Part shown: positions 1-7,309 of the stretch, piece by piece
How positions within the stretch are numbered: position 1 is the stretch's first letter
Layout: each line of letters starts with the position of its first letter
NCBI GenBank assembly: GCA_037137535.1
Contig: JBAXKC010000051.1
Span: 1-14,306 of the forward strand
Length of the DNA stretch: 14,306 bases
Origin: a bacterium
GTDB taxonomy: Bacteria > Cyanobacteriota > Vampirovibrionia > Gastranaerophilales > JBAXKC01
Direction of reading: 5' to 3'
Made by a program: the position numbers and the translations under genes
The notes under the pieces: generated by a model
Databases searched by the model: none
The model's input: the letters and a program-made list of their open reading frames with translations, nothing else
What the model was told of the DNA's origin: nothing

Positions 1-113
1 AGCTTCTTGAGCTTTATTTTCTATTTTTCCTAAAGCATTTTCACCAGCTTCTTGAGCTTTATTTTCTATTTTTCCTAAAGCATTTTCACCAGCTTCTTGA
101 ACTTTATTTTCTA
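1..113. repeat. 45-bp coding tandem repeat (at least 2.5 copies; may continue beyond the window edge)
   Basis: agcttcttgagctttattttctatttttcctaaagcattttcacc occurs at 1-45 and 46-90 (identical), with a partial one-mismatch copy at 91-113. It encodes ENKAQEAGENALGKI on the minus strand. Confidence 0.95.
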
Positions 114-411
114 CTTCTTTAGCAGCTGGAAATAAATTGTTTTTTAATTCAACAGCTTTTTCTCTTACTTGTGGAATTAAAAGTGATAAGCCTGTAACTA
201 CAACAAGAGCTGATGCAATTCCTAAAGGTGATTTTGCAAAATTACCAGCTTTAGTTGAAAAACTTACTTCGTCTTTATGTGGTTGTGAATTATCATTAGG
301 TGTTACCGCAGGCTTAGCAGCTGTTTGTGCTGTTGGATTTAATGGTTTCTTTGCAGCCGCAGCTGTGGTTGTTGTCGGTTGATTTGCGCCAAATGATACA
401 TTAAATGTCAT
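1..411 (-). CDS. Hypothetical protein, N-terminal part only (runs off the left edge), with one hydrophobic segment and 15-aa tandem repeats
   Basis: Manual translation from ATG at 411 is open to position 1: MTFNVSFGANQPTTTTAAAAKKPLNPT...HKDEVSFSTKAGNFAKSPLGIASALVVVTGLSLLIPQVREK...ENKVQEAGENALGKIENKAQEAGENALGKIENKAQEA. An SD-like AGGGAG lies just upstream on the minus strand. It is absent from the ORF track, presumably because it has no stop in the window. Confidence 0.85.
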   Translation of the reverse strand, partial: MTFNVSFGANQPTTTTAAAAKKPLNPTAQTAAKPAVTPNDNSQPHKDEVSFSTKAGNFAKSPLGIASALVVVTGLSLLIPQVREKAVELKNNLFPAAKEVENKVQEAGENALGKIENKAQEAGENALGKIENKAQEA

Positions 412-934
412 TTTGTTTCTCCCTAATATAATATATTTCTATACGGTAGATTAATTTCGCCTTTTATATTAAAAACAAAATTTATATTAATTGCTATTTA
501 AAATACGACTTTTTTTATATTAAAGCGTAATATAAGGCAATATAAGTGTTTTCAATACAGTTTACATTTCGTAACATGTAGTTTTCTTTTGTAAACACTG
601 CATTATTATAATATTAGTAAAAGATATATTTTCAAGTAATCTTTCGAGCAATTATATAAATGATTTGTTAAGTAAAGGTTATTAGATTTATTATTTGTAT
701 TCTTATATATAGATTATATTAATATTAAGAAATAAATCTAATTTTATGACGAAATATTACAAAGATATTTTATTTGGTAAAAAGTAAATAATCCATATAG
801 AGTATCATCTTTAGACCACTTTATAAAAACAATCTATTTATAGTTCTTAATAAAACTCTTAAATAACTAAAGTTAATTCGATAGTAACCGATTAAGTAAT
901 TATGGGAACGTCGAAAAGGAGTTAATAAGCGGTT

Positions 935-1075
935 ATGAAGAAAGATGTAAATGTTGAAATATTTTCAGAAGAAATAAGAGAATTATTAACAGATTTAGAA
1001 AATTTTAAAAGTAAGCAAAGTGATCTTATGGAGATCGTTAAAGGGATTTATTTGAATATGTCTACTAATAATTAA
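935..1075 (+). CDS. Putative 46-aa small protein (MKKDVNVEIFSEEIRELLTDLENFKSKQSDLMEIVKGIYLNMSTNN)
   Basis: Open frame from ATG935 to TAA1075 in very AT-rich DNA. An AAGGAG lies about 13 nt upstream, the product has an amphipathic-helix pattern, and an intrinsic terminator follows. Confidence 0.5.
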   Translation: MKKDVNVEIFSEEIRELLTDLENFKSKQSDLMEIVKGIYLNMSTNN

Positions 1076-1104
1076 ATTTTTACTGCATATTTATAAAAAA
1101 ACTT

Positions 1105-1133
1105 AAAAAACAGGGATTAATCTCTGTTTTTTT
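1105..1133 (+). terminator. Rho-independent terminator (possibly bidirectional)
   Basis: aaaaaacagggattaatctctgttttttt forms a hairpin with one G-U pair, flanked by an A-tract and a T-tract, downstream of the 935-1075 ORF. Confidence 0.75.
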
Positions 1134-1173
1134 GCATTATATCATACTTTTGATCGTATTTTTAAATTATTGT

Positions 1174-1201
1174 TTGCTAGATGAATTTTATATGTTAGTA
1201 T
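1174..1201 (+). promoter_or_regulatory. Possible sigma70-type promoter for the porin-flippase unit
   Basis: TTGCTA at 1174-1179, a 16-nt spacer and TAGTAT at 1196-1201 with a preceding TGn. It lies after the terminator and before the GGAGAG SD. The AT-rich context limits certainty. Confidence 0.35.
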
Positions 1202-1249
1202 AAATTCAATTAGTGTGTATTTTTTATAGAAGCTGGAGAGAGAAACGAT

Positions 1250-2677
1250 ATGTATTCAAAAAAGTTTATCGGTTTATCGCTAATAACTGCTGCAGTATTA
1301 GCATCATCTAGTCCTGCGTTTGCAGAACTTACATCATTGGATGATTTACAATCATTACCAAATGCAAATCAATCATTTTTGGTTGATTCCGGTAAACCTT
1401 TGGATAAGAACCATTGGGCATATAAAACTTTAGAAAATATTTCTAAAAAACATGGTTTACTAGTAGGTAGCACTAAAGATAAATTTGATATTAATAAACC
1501 GCTTAGTCGTGATGAAGCAGCAGTTCTATTAATTAGTTTAGTCGGTAAAATTCAACAAGACAGAGTTGAATTATCAGAAGCAGAAAAAGTTCAGCTTGAT
1601 ATTTTAAGACAAGAACTTAATGGTGAAATGGCAAGATTAACTGGTAGAGTTGATGCATTACAAAATAGTGTTGCTCAATTAAACGGCACTGTTCAGTCAC
1701 TTCAGGCAAGCGATAAGCAATCTGTAAAAATGGAATTTGGTGAAAACTTTAAGATTAAAGGTTCTTTCCAGGTCAGATATGCAAACAGTTTCAATAAAGG
1801 CGTTGAAAATTACGCTAATGGCTTTAGACTTCCACTTGGTGAAGTTAGACTTCAAGGAAAACTTCATAAAGACATCAATTACTTAGCAAGTATAGTTCCA
1901 AGTAGAACTTTTGACAGCACAACAAACTCAATACTTGGCGATGCTTATGTAATGACAGAAAAACTTAAACACCACAAAATCTATCTTGGACAAACTAGAA
2001 CACCAATAGGTTATGAAGGGACTTTATCACCAACTTCATTAAATACTCCTGATAGATCACAGATAGCCAGAAACTTTAGCGATACCAGAGATTTTGGTAT
2101 TAAAGCGGTTGGAAACTATAAACTCTTAGATTATTATTTAGGTGCTTATAATGGGAACGGTAACAACAGAAACGATACACACAACTCTGATTTAGCTTAT
2201 GGCTACTGGGTAGTTGGAAAACCGCTTGCATATATGCCAAAGCTAGGCGTATTTGAAATTGGTGGTGGTATGTTTAGTGGTAAATATTCTCAATTTACTA
2301 ATAACGTATTCACAAAAGATATTTATCAAACAACCAAAGGTCTTTATACTTCTTATGAATTCAAAAGAAACAAAATTACAAGTGAATGGTCTGATAAAAA
2401 AGGTTATTCTAACGTAGTAGGAAGAAAAGCAACAGGTTGGTATATTGAAGATGCTTTATTCTTAAATAAAAAAAGAACACATCAAGTAGTTCTGAAATAT
2501 GATACATTTGATCCAAATAAAAACGTTTCAGATGACAGATCTACAGAATATACTCTTGGATACAATTACTATATGAAAGCTCAAAACTTAAAGCTTCAAC
2601 TTGATTATGTGCATGCCAACAATAAAGTCGGCAATGACTCTAACAGAGTTATAGTACAAACTCAATATTGCTTCTAA
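1250..2677 (+). CDS. SLH-domain outer-membrane porin (signal peptide, SLH, coiled coil, beta-barrel; barrel resembles the OprO/OprP-like phosphate-selective porin family)
   Basis: Sec signal ending AFA. SLH pattern HWAY..L..I....LLVG...F....PLSRDEAA. Heptad coiled coil (ELNGEMARLTGRVDALQNSVAQLNGTVQSL). Amphipathic beta-strands with DAYV, GQ.R.P.G.E and RD.G motifs, and a C-terminal aromatic strand QTQYCF. GGAGAG SD upstream. Confidence 0.85.
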   Translation: MYSKKFIGLSLITAAVLASSSPAFAELTSLDDLQSLPNANQSFLVDSGKPLDKNHWAYKTLENISKKHGLLVGSTKDKFDINKPLSRDEAAVLLISLVGKIQQDRVELSEAEKVQLDILRQELNGEMARLTGRVDALQNSVAQLNGTVQSLQASDKQSVKMEFGENFKIKGSFQVRYANSFNKGVENYANGFRLPLGEVRLQGKLHKDINYLASIVPSRTFDSTTNSILGDAYVMTEKLKHHKIYLGQTRTPIGYEGTLSPTSLNTPDRSQIARNFSDTRDFGIKAVGNYKLLDYYLGAYNGNGNNRNDTHNSDLAYGYWVVGKPLAYMPKLGVFEIGGGMFSGKYSQFTNNVFTKDIYQTTKGLYTSYEFKRNKITSEWSDKKGYSNVVGRKATGWYIEDALFLNKKRTHQVVLKYDTFDPNKNVSDDRSTEYTLGYNYYMKAQNLKLQLDYVHANNKVGNDSNRVIVQTQYCF

Positions 2678-2680
2678 TTT

Positions 2681-4159
2681 ATGCAAAATACTGAATATAT
2701 TGAAGTACCTGCAATAACCAACAATACTAAAAATATATTTAATGATACTTTGAAAATTGCTCCATCAAAGATAATAGGAACAGTGGCTAATTTGCTTTCT
2801 ATTCCTTTATATACATCTTTGATGGGCAAATCAGAGTATGGATTATATAGTGTTGCTATTGCCGTGTTAAGTTTTATTTGCATATTATTTAGCGATTGGG
2901 TCGGAATCTCAGCTTTAAGATTTTTTTCAGAAAAGAAAAATAGAAATATTACAGAATATTTATCATCTCTTTTCTTTCTACTATTTGCAAATTTATCTGT
3001 AATGTATTTAATAGCTGTAATTTTCTTTAAGCCAATCTCTCAATTTTTCCAAATTCCACCTAAGTTTTTATTAGCTGTATTACTAATAATTATACCTGTT
3101 GCTGTAAGAGCCTTATTATTTCAGATTCTGCGGGCAAAAATCAAAGCATTGTTTTACTCTATATCTACGATAGTAAATCAGTTCTTAACTATTGCTTTTG
3201 CTTATTATCTTCTTAAAACAGCATCTTTAGGCTCAATATCAATTATTATAGCTATGGCTTTGTCAATATTCATGATTGATGCATTTATTATCTTTAAAAT
3301 CGGTATATTAAAAAAGCTTAAATTTAATAGTATTGATTTTAGTTTGATAAATTCAATCTTCAAATATGGATTACCTGTATCACTATCAAGTATTGGTACA
3401 TGGTTTATATTGCAAGGTAATAAGTTAGTAGTTCAACACTTTTATGGTTCATCCATTAACGGACTATACGGTGTTGCAAATAATCTGACATTTACAACGC
3501 TTTTAACCTTATTTTCAATATTACCTCTGGCAGCGATTCCTAGAATTTTCATTAAACACGAGAATAATATTGACGTAAGACCGATTATAAGCAAGTTAAC
3601 AGGTTTTTATCTGCTTGTTGCCTGTCCTATAATTATGTTATATTGCGCTTTTCCTAAAGAGTTAGTATTACTTTTTTCTAATCAAGACTATGTTGAAGCA
3701 TATAAACTATTACCTTTCTTATCGTTATCATGTTTCTTTTATAGCTTGACAGAATACACCGCATTACAATATCAAATTGCAAAAAAAACTTATATAGATA
3801 CAATTATTAAACTTGTTCCAAGTGTCTTAATACTTGTATTGACACCTTTATTTATAAAAAAGCTTGGTATAAGCGGAATTGGAATATCAGCTTTATTATC
3901 TAATTTAGTTTATTTTGTTTTGAGTTTAATTGTAAAAGTTCCTTCTCTGGAATCATTACCGCAAATAAAAACGATAACGAATATTGCATTATCAGCATTA
4001 TCCTCATTAGTTATTGTTAAACTCATTTATAAATTTATTAATTTTACGGGAACACAAGAATATTTAGTAATAATATTTTTATTTATAACGTTATACACTG
4101 CTTTTGTTTTTCTCTACAGATCTTTAGGGCTTAAAACCTCTTCACAATCTGCTGAATAA
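2681..4159 (+). CDS. Oligosaccharide/polysaccharide flippase (Wzx/MOP superfamily)
   Basis: 492-aa polytopic membrane protein with roughly 12-14 hydrophobic segments. N-terminal 'LLSIPLYTSLMGKSEYGLYS' and mid-protein 'FKYGLP...GLYGVA' patterns are typical of polysaccharide-biosynthesis flippases. It starts 3 nt after the porin stop. Confidence 0.85.
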   Translation: MQNTEYIEVPAITNNTKNIFNDTLKIAPSKIIGTVANLLSIPLYTSLMGKSEYGLYSVAIAVLSFICILFSDWVGISALRFFSEKKNRNITEYLSSLFFLLFANLSVMYLIAVIFFKPISQFFQIPPKFLLAVLLIIIPVAVRALLFQILRAKIKALFYSISTIVNQFLTIAFAYYLLKTASLGSISIIIAMALSIFMIDAFIIFKIGILKKLKFNSIDFSLINSIFKYGLPVSLSSIGTWFILQGNKLVVQHFYGSSINGLYGVANNLTFTTLLTLFSILPLAAIPRIFIKHENNIDVRPIISKLTGFYLLVACPIIMLYCAFPKELVLLFSNQDYVEAYKLLPFLSLSCFFYSLTEYTALQYQIAKKTYIDTIIKLVPSVLILVLTPLFIKKLGISGIGISALLSNLVYFVLSLIVKVPSLESLPQIKTITNIALSALSSLVIVKLIYKFINFTGTQEYLVIIFLFITLYTAFVFLYRSLGLKTSSQSAE

Positions 4160-4162
4160 ACT

Positions 4163-4191
4163 TTGCTAAATTATATATTAGTTTATATAAT
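4163..4191 (+). promoter_or_regulatory. sigma70-like promoter of the nurA-herA-mre11-rad50 operon, predicted leaderless
   Basis: TTGCTA at 4163-4168, a 17-nt spacer and TATAAT at 4186-4191. The nurA ATG is at 4198, at the usual +1 distance, and there is no SD in the 38-nt gap. Confidence 0.7.
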
Positions 4192-4197
4192 TTTAGT

Positions 4198-5241
4198 ATG
4201 AATAAAGCATTAAAAAAGTTTGTAAAATATCAGATAGAATCCGGTAAATCTTGTTATAAGCCTTTTCAAGGCGATAATGACAATTTTACCGGATTTTCTA
4301 CTTCAATAGAAATGGAAAAGGCAAATGCAGAACTTGTTGAAGATAGCAAAGAGGGTTTGGCTCTTAAAAGAATTATTTTAAAATCAGAAAGTTCAAATTT
4401 TGGATACTTCCTTGACGGAATAGAAAGAAAACGAACTCTTAGAATGATTGGACACTTACCTTTAATTTACGGTTATGTTGCTGCTGTAATACTTAAAAGA
4501 ACTGATAAAAGGCTTTATTCATGTGGGCTAGAAAAAACTATTGAAAATATTTTTATGCCAATTGCTGAAAATGGAAATGAGCCTGACTTTTATTTTCCTA
4601 GAAATGAAATAGACTCTTTTGGACTAAAAGTTTTGAATATAGGCAAAAAAAAAGACAATGAATTTGCTTTGTATCCTCAAGAATTTGAGCAACTTGCTCA
4701 TAATGAAATTCAAGAACTAAGAAGAAAATCAGAAACAAAAATTGCAGATGATTGGTTGAAAATCAATACAAATGAATGGCTCTATATCGATGGTGGTTTA
4801 AATCGTTCATCAAAAAAAATTGTAGATACTTTTAGAGTCGCAGGAATTATTAAATCACACAATACTGTATATTTTTCTCCTCAAGAACAGTTTAAATTAT
4901 ACTCAATGAGTGCAGAAGAACGGTCATCAATTTTTATTCCAATTGCCAGAAATAAAAAAGAAAAAGACGTTTATAGCTGGTATTTAAGAATACATAACAG
5001 AAAAAAAGTAGGTGATCCGAATTTTGGAATTATTAGAGTCGAAATTCCTAGGGTTTCATCAATTACTGAACCAGAACTCATAGAACTTGTAAACGAAGTT
5101 TCAAGCTGGATTTTACTTGAAAAAAATCCAATTGCATTTCCGGCATCTCGTTGGGATAGAATGATTTATCCGATCAAATTCTGTGAAGATTATCTTAAAA
5201 GCAAAGCACCCTCTTATAAATATATTGACAATCTTATATAA
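4198..5241 (+). CDS. nurA: NurA-family 5'-3' nuclease (RNase H-like fold), bacterial type
   Basis: Motifs YFLDG, LRR..E, LYIDGGL, GIIKSH, SWYLR, G.IRVE and a C-terminal PI...E..L. It lies directly upstream of a HerA ATPase. Confidence 0.85.
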   Translation: MNKALKKFVKYQIESGKSCYKPFQGDNDNFTGFSTSIEMEKANAELVEDSKEGLALKRIILKSESSNFGYFLDGIERKRTLRMIGHLPLIYGYVAAVILKRTDKRLYSCGLEKTIENIFMPIAENGNEPDFYFPRNEIDSFGLKVLNIGKKKDNEFALYPQEFEQLAHNEIQELRRKSETKIADDWLKINTNEWLYIDGGLNRSSKKIVDTFRVAGIIKSHNTVYFSPQEQFKLYSMSAEERSSIFIPIARNKKEKDVYSWYLRIHNRKKVGDPNFGIIRVEIPRVSSITEPELIELVNEVSSWILLEKNPIAFPASRWDRMIYPIKFCEDYLKSKAPSYKYIDNLI

Positions 5242-5258
5242 TAGGCACAGGAGCGAAA

Positions 5259-7304
5259 ATGAAAACAATAAATGAAGAAATAGAAGTTAATAATGAATTA
5301 AATCCTATTGATACTAAAATAATAGGTAGAATTGTTGCAACTGAAAAATGCCCTAATACAGCGCAATCATTTAGTTTTTGGACAAATTTAGATGCTCCTG
5401 TCGGAATTGGAACAATTGTCAAAGTTGAAAGTGATAGAACTTTATTGAATGGTTCTAAAAAAATCACCTATGGAATAGTTACTGATGGCATAAGTTACAC
5501 TGACTTAGATACTCCTATTAGCGATTACATAAGCTCAGAAGGCAATCCACTTTATGCTCAGTCAGCTCAGACTGAAAGACCAGAGTTTAGATATTATACA
5601 GCGCAAGTTTTAAAATCAGAACCTGAAGAACCAATTCAACCTGTTTCTATTGGAAATGTTCATTTAGCTGATGAAGCAGGAATAAAAAAAGCTCTTAGGA
5701 TGGACAGTTATTCTGATAAAACTGGTATACCAATCGGTGTGTATGAAAATGGTGATGATAAATCGCCAATTTACTTAGACTCAAGATTCTTAATAGGTCC
5801 TGAAGCTGCTCACTTTAATGTAACGGGAGTTTCTGGATTAGCGACTAAAACCAGTATAGTAGAATTTTTATTAACAAGTATTTTTCAACACTATAAAGGT
5901 GATTCTGAAAAAGAAAATAAGAAAATAGCAACTATTCTTTTTAACGTAAAAGGTCATGATTTGTTATTCTTAGACCAGCCTGCGGATAATTTGAGTGAAC
6001 AAGAATTAGAAATTTATGAAAAATTAAAAATAGAACCAAAAGCCTTTGATAATGTACATTATTATGCACCATATAAAGCTGATAGAGTTAATTTGAATAC
6101 TTATCGGACTAATGAAGAGTTAGTTCATAATGTAAAACCACTTAGTTGGGGATTAAAAGAAATTTTTGACCATGTACAGGTATTATTAAATAGCGATGAC
6201 GTTGACGCTAAGGCTGATGCTTTTTTATCATGGTTACAGGAAAATTTAATAGATTGCGATAAAATCAAACTTGAATATGGATTCGGTTTTAGTAAAATAA
6301 GAAACTTTCAAGAACTTGACGGCTGGTTTAAAGAATTATTTGAAGATGCCTCTGGAATCAATGAAGAAGGTAATTCTCAAGGCAAAAATCAATGGAGAGG
6401 GCATGCCCTTCCAACCATCAGAAAAGTTTACAACAGGTTAATTAATATTTCGACCAGATGTAAAGGCTTAGTAACCAATGTTGGAGAGTCCAACGACTTA
6501 CCCTGGGGTGAATTTGAAGATAGAAATGTTTATGTAATTGATGTCGCAAATGTTATCCCACTAGCTCAAGATCTTGTATTTACAAGAGTTGTAGAAAAGT
6601 TGAGAGAACATCTCGAAAGGGGTGACTTAGGTGTAGATAAAGTTATAGTTTTTGTTGATGAGTTAAATAAATACGCATCTAATGATGGTGGAAATTCTTA
6701 TCTAAAACAGACTTTACTGGAAATTTCAGAGCGTGGAAGATATTTAGGACTAATTTTATTTTCAGCTCAGCAATTTAAGTCACAAGTAAATAAAAGAATT
6801 GTCGGTAACTGCGGTACAAGCGTTTTTGGTCGTATGGATATGGATGAATTGGCTAATCAAGGCTATAGCGTAATGCCTGCTACAATTAAGCAGGAGCTCA
6901 CAACTCTTGAAAAAGGTAAATTATTAATCCGACATCCACATTTTAACCAATATATCTTTGTAAAATTTCCTCGTCCTTCAATTATGACAAGTCATGACGG
7001 AATTATAAAATTTCCTCCTCAACATGAATTACCATTTGAAGATGCAATAATTTTCCAATTTAAAAGACTAGCTAAGCATTTAAATGTTAAAATAAAGGAT
7101 ATTGACATAAAAAATGCTATAAGTGGAATTGATGAAGAGGAAATTATCAGAGCCTTTAACAAGACAGAACTAAGTAAAGATACAAATATTATTAAATGCT
7201 TTTTGTCTATGCTTAAAAAGAAACCAAACTCTTCTAAATCTATCGAGGATACACATTCGCCGTCAGTTCAGATATCTGATCCATATGATATGTTCGGGAA
7301 TTAA
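5259..7304 (+). CDS. herA: HerA-family (FtsK/HerA) DNA translocase/helicase with N-terminal HAS-barrel-like domain
   Basis: N-terminal beta-rich domain (IIGRIVATE...F.FW...GTIVKV...YGIV). P-loop HFNVTGVSGLATKTS, Walker B VIVFVDELNKY, arginine-finger segment ERGRYLG and sensor SAQQ. AGGAG SD at 5249-5253. Confidence 0.9.
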   Translation: MKTINEEIEVNNELNPIDTKIIGRIVATEKCPNTAQSFSFWTNLDAPVGIGTIVKVESDRTLLNGSKKITYGIVTDGISYTDLDTPISDYISSEGNPLYAQSAQTERPEFRYYTAQVLKSEPEEPIQPVSIGNVHLADEAGIKKALRMDSYSDKTGIPIGVYENGDDKSPIYLDSRFLIGPEAAHFNVTGVSGLATKTSIVEFLLTSIFQHYKGDSEKENKKIATILFNVKGHDLLFLDQPADNLSEQELEIYEKLKIEPKAFDNVHYYAPYKADRVNLNTYRTNEELVHNVKPLSWGLKEIFDHVQVLLNSDDVDAKADAFLSWLQENLIDCDKIKLEYGFGFSKIRNFQELDGWFKELFEDASGINEEGNSQGKNQWRGHALPTIRKVYNRLINISTRCKGLVTNVGESNDLPWGEFEDRNVYVIDVANVIPLAQDLVFTRVVEKLREHLERGDLGVDKVIVFVDELNKYASNDGGNSYLKQTLLEISERGRYLGLILFSAQQFKSQVNKRIVGNCGTSVFGRMDMDELANQGYSVMPATIKQELTTLEKGKLLIRHPHFNQYIFVKFPRPSIMTSHDGIIKFPPQHELPFEDAIIFQFKRLAKHLNVKIKDIDIKNAISGIDEEEIIRAFNKTELSKDTNIIKCFLSMLKKKPNSSKSIEDTHSPSVQISDPYDMFGN

Positions 7305-7309
7305 TTTAT

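Noticed and set aside
1-113. Direct repeats as a possible CRISPR array
   Set aside because: The units are contiguous with no spacers, 45 bp is a multiple of 3, and they lie within a reading frame.
137-382. 81-aa plus-strand ORF from the track
   Set aside because: It is the antisense shadow of the minus-strand CDS 1-411, which has an ATG, an SD and in-frame repeats.
412-900. Long AT-rich intergenic region as a replication origin or RNA gene
   Set aside because: I found no cluster of DnaA boxes (TTATCCACA), no iterons, and no tRNA- or rRNA-like sequence.
5225-5242. Perfect TTGACA and TATAAT hexamers just before herA
   Set aside because: The spacer is only 6 nt, which is incompatible with a sigma70 promoter.
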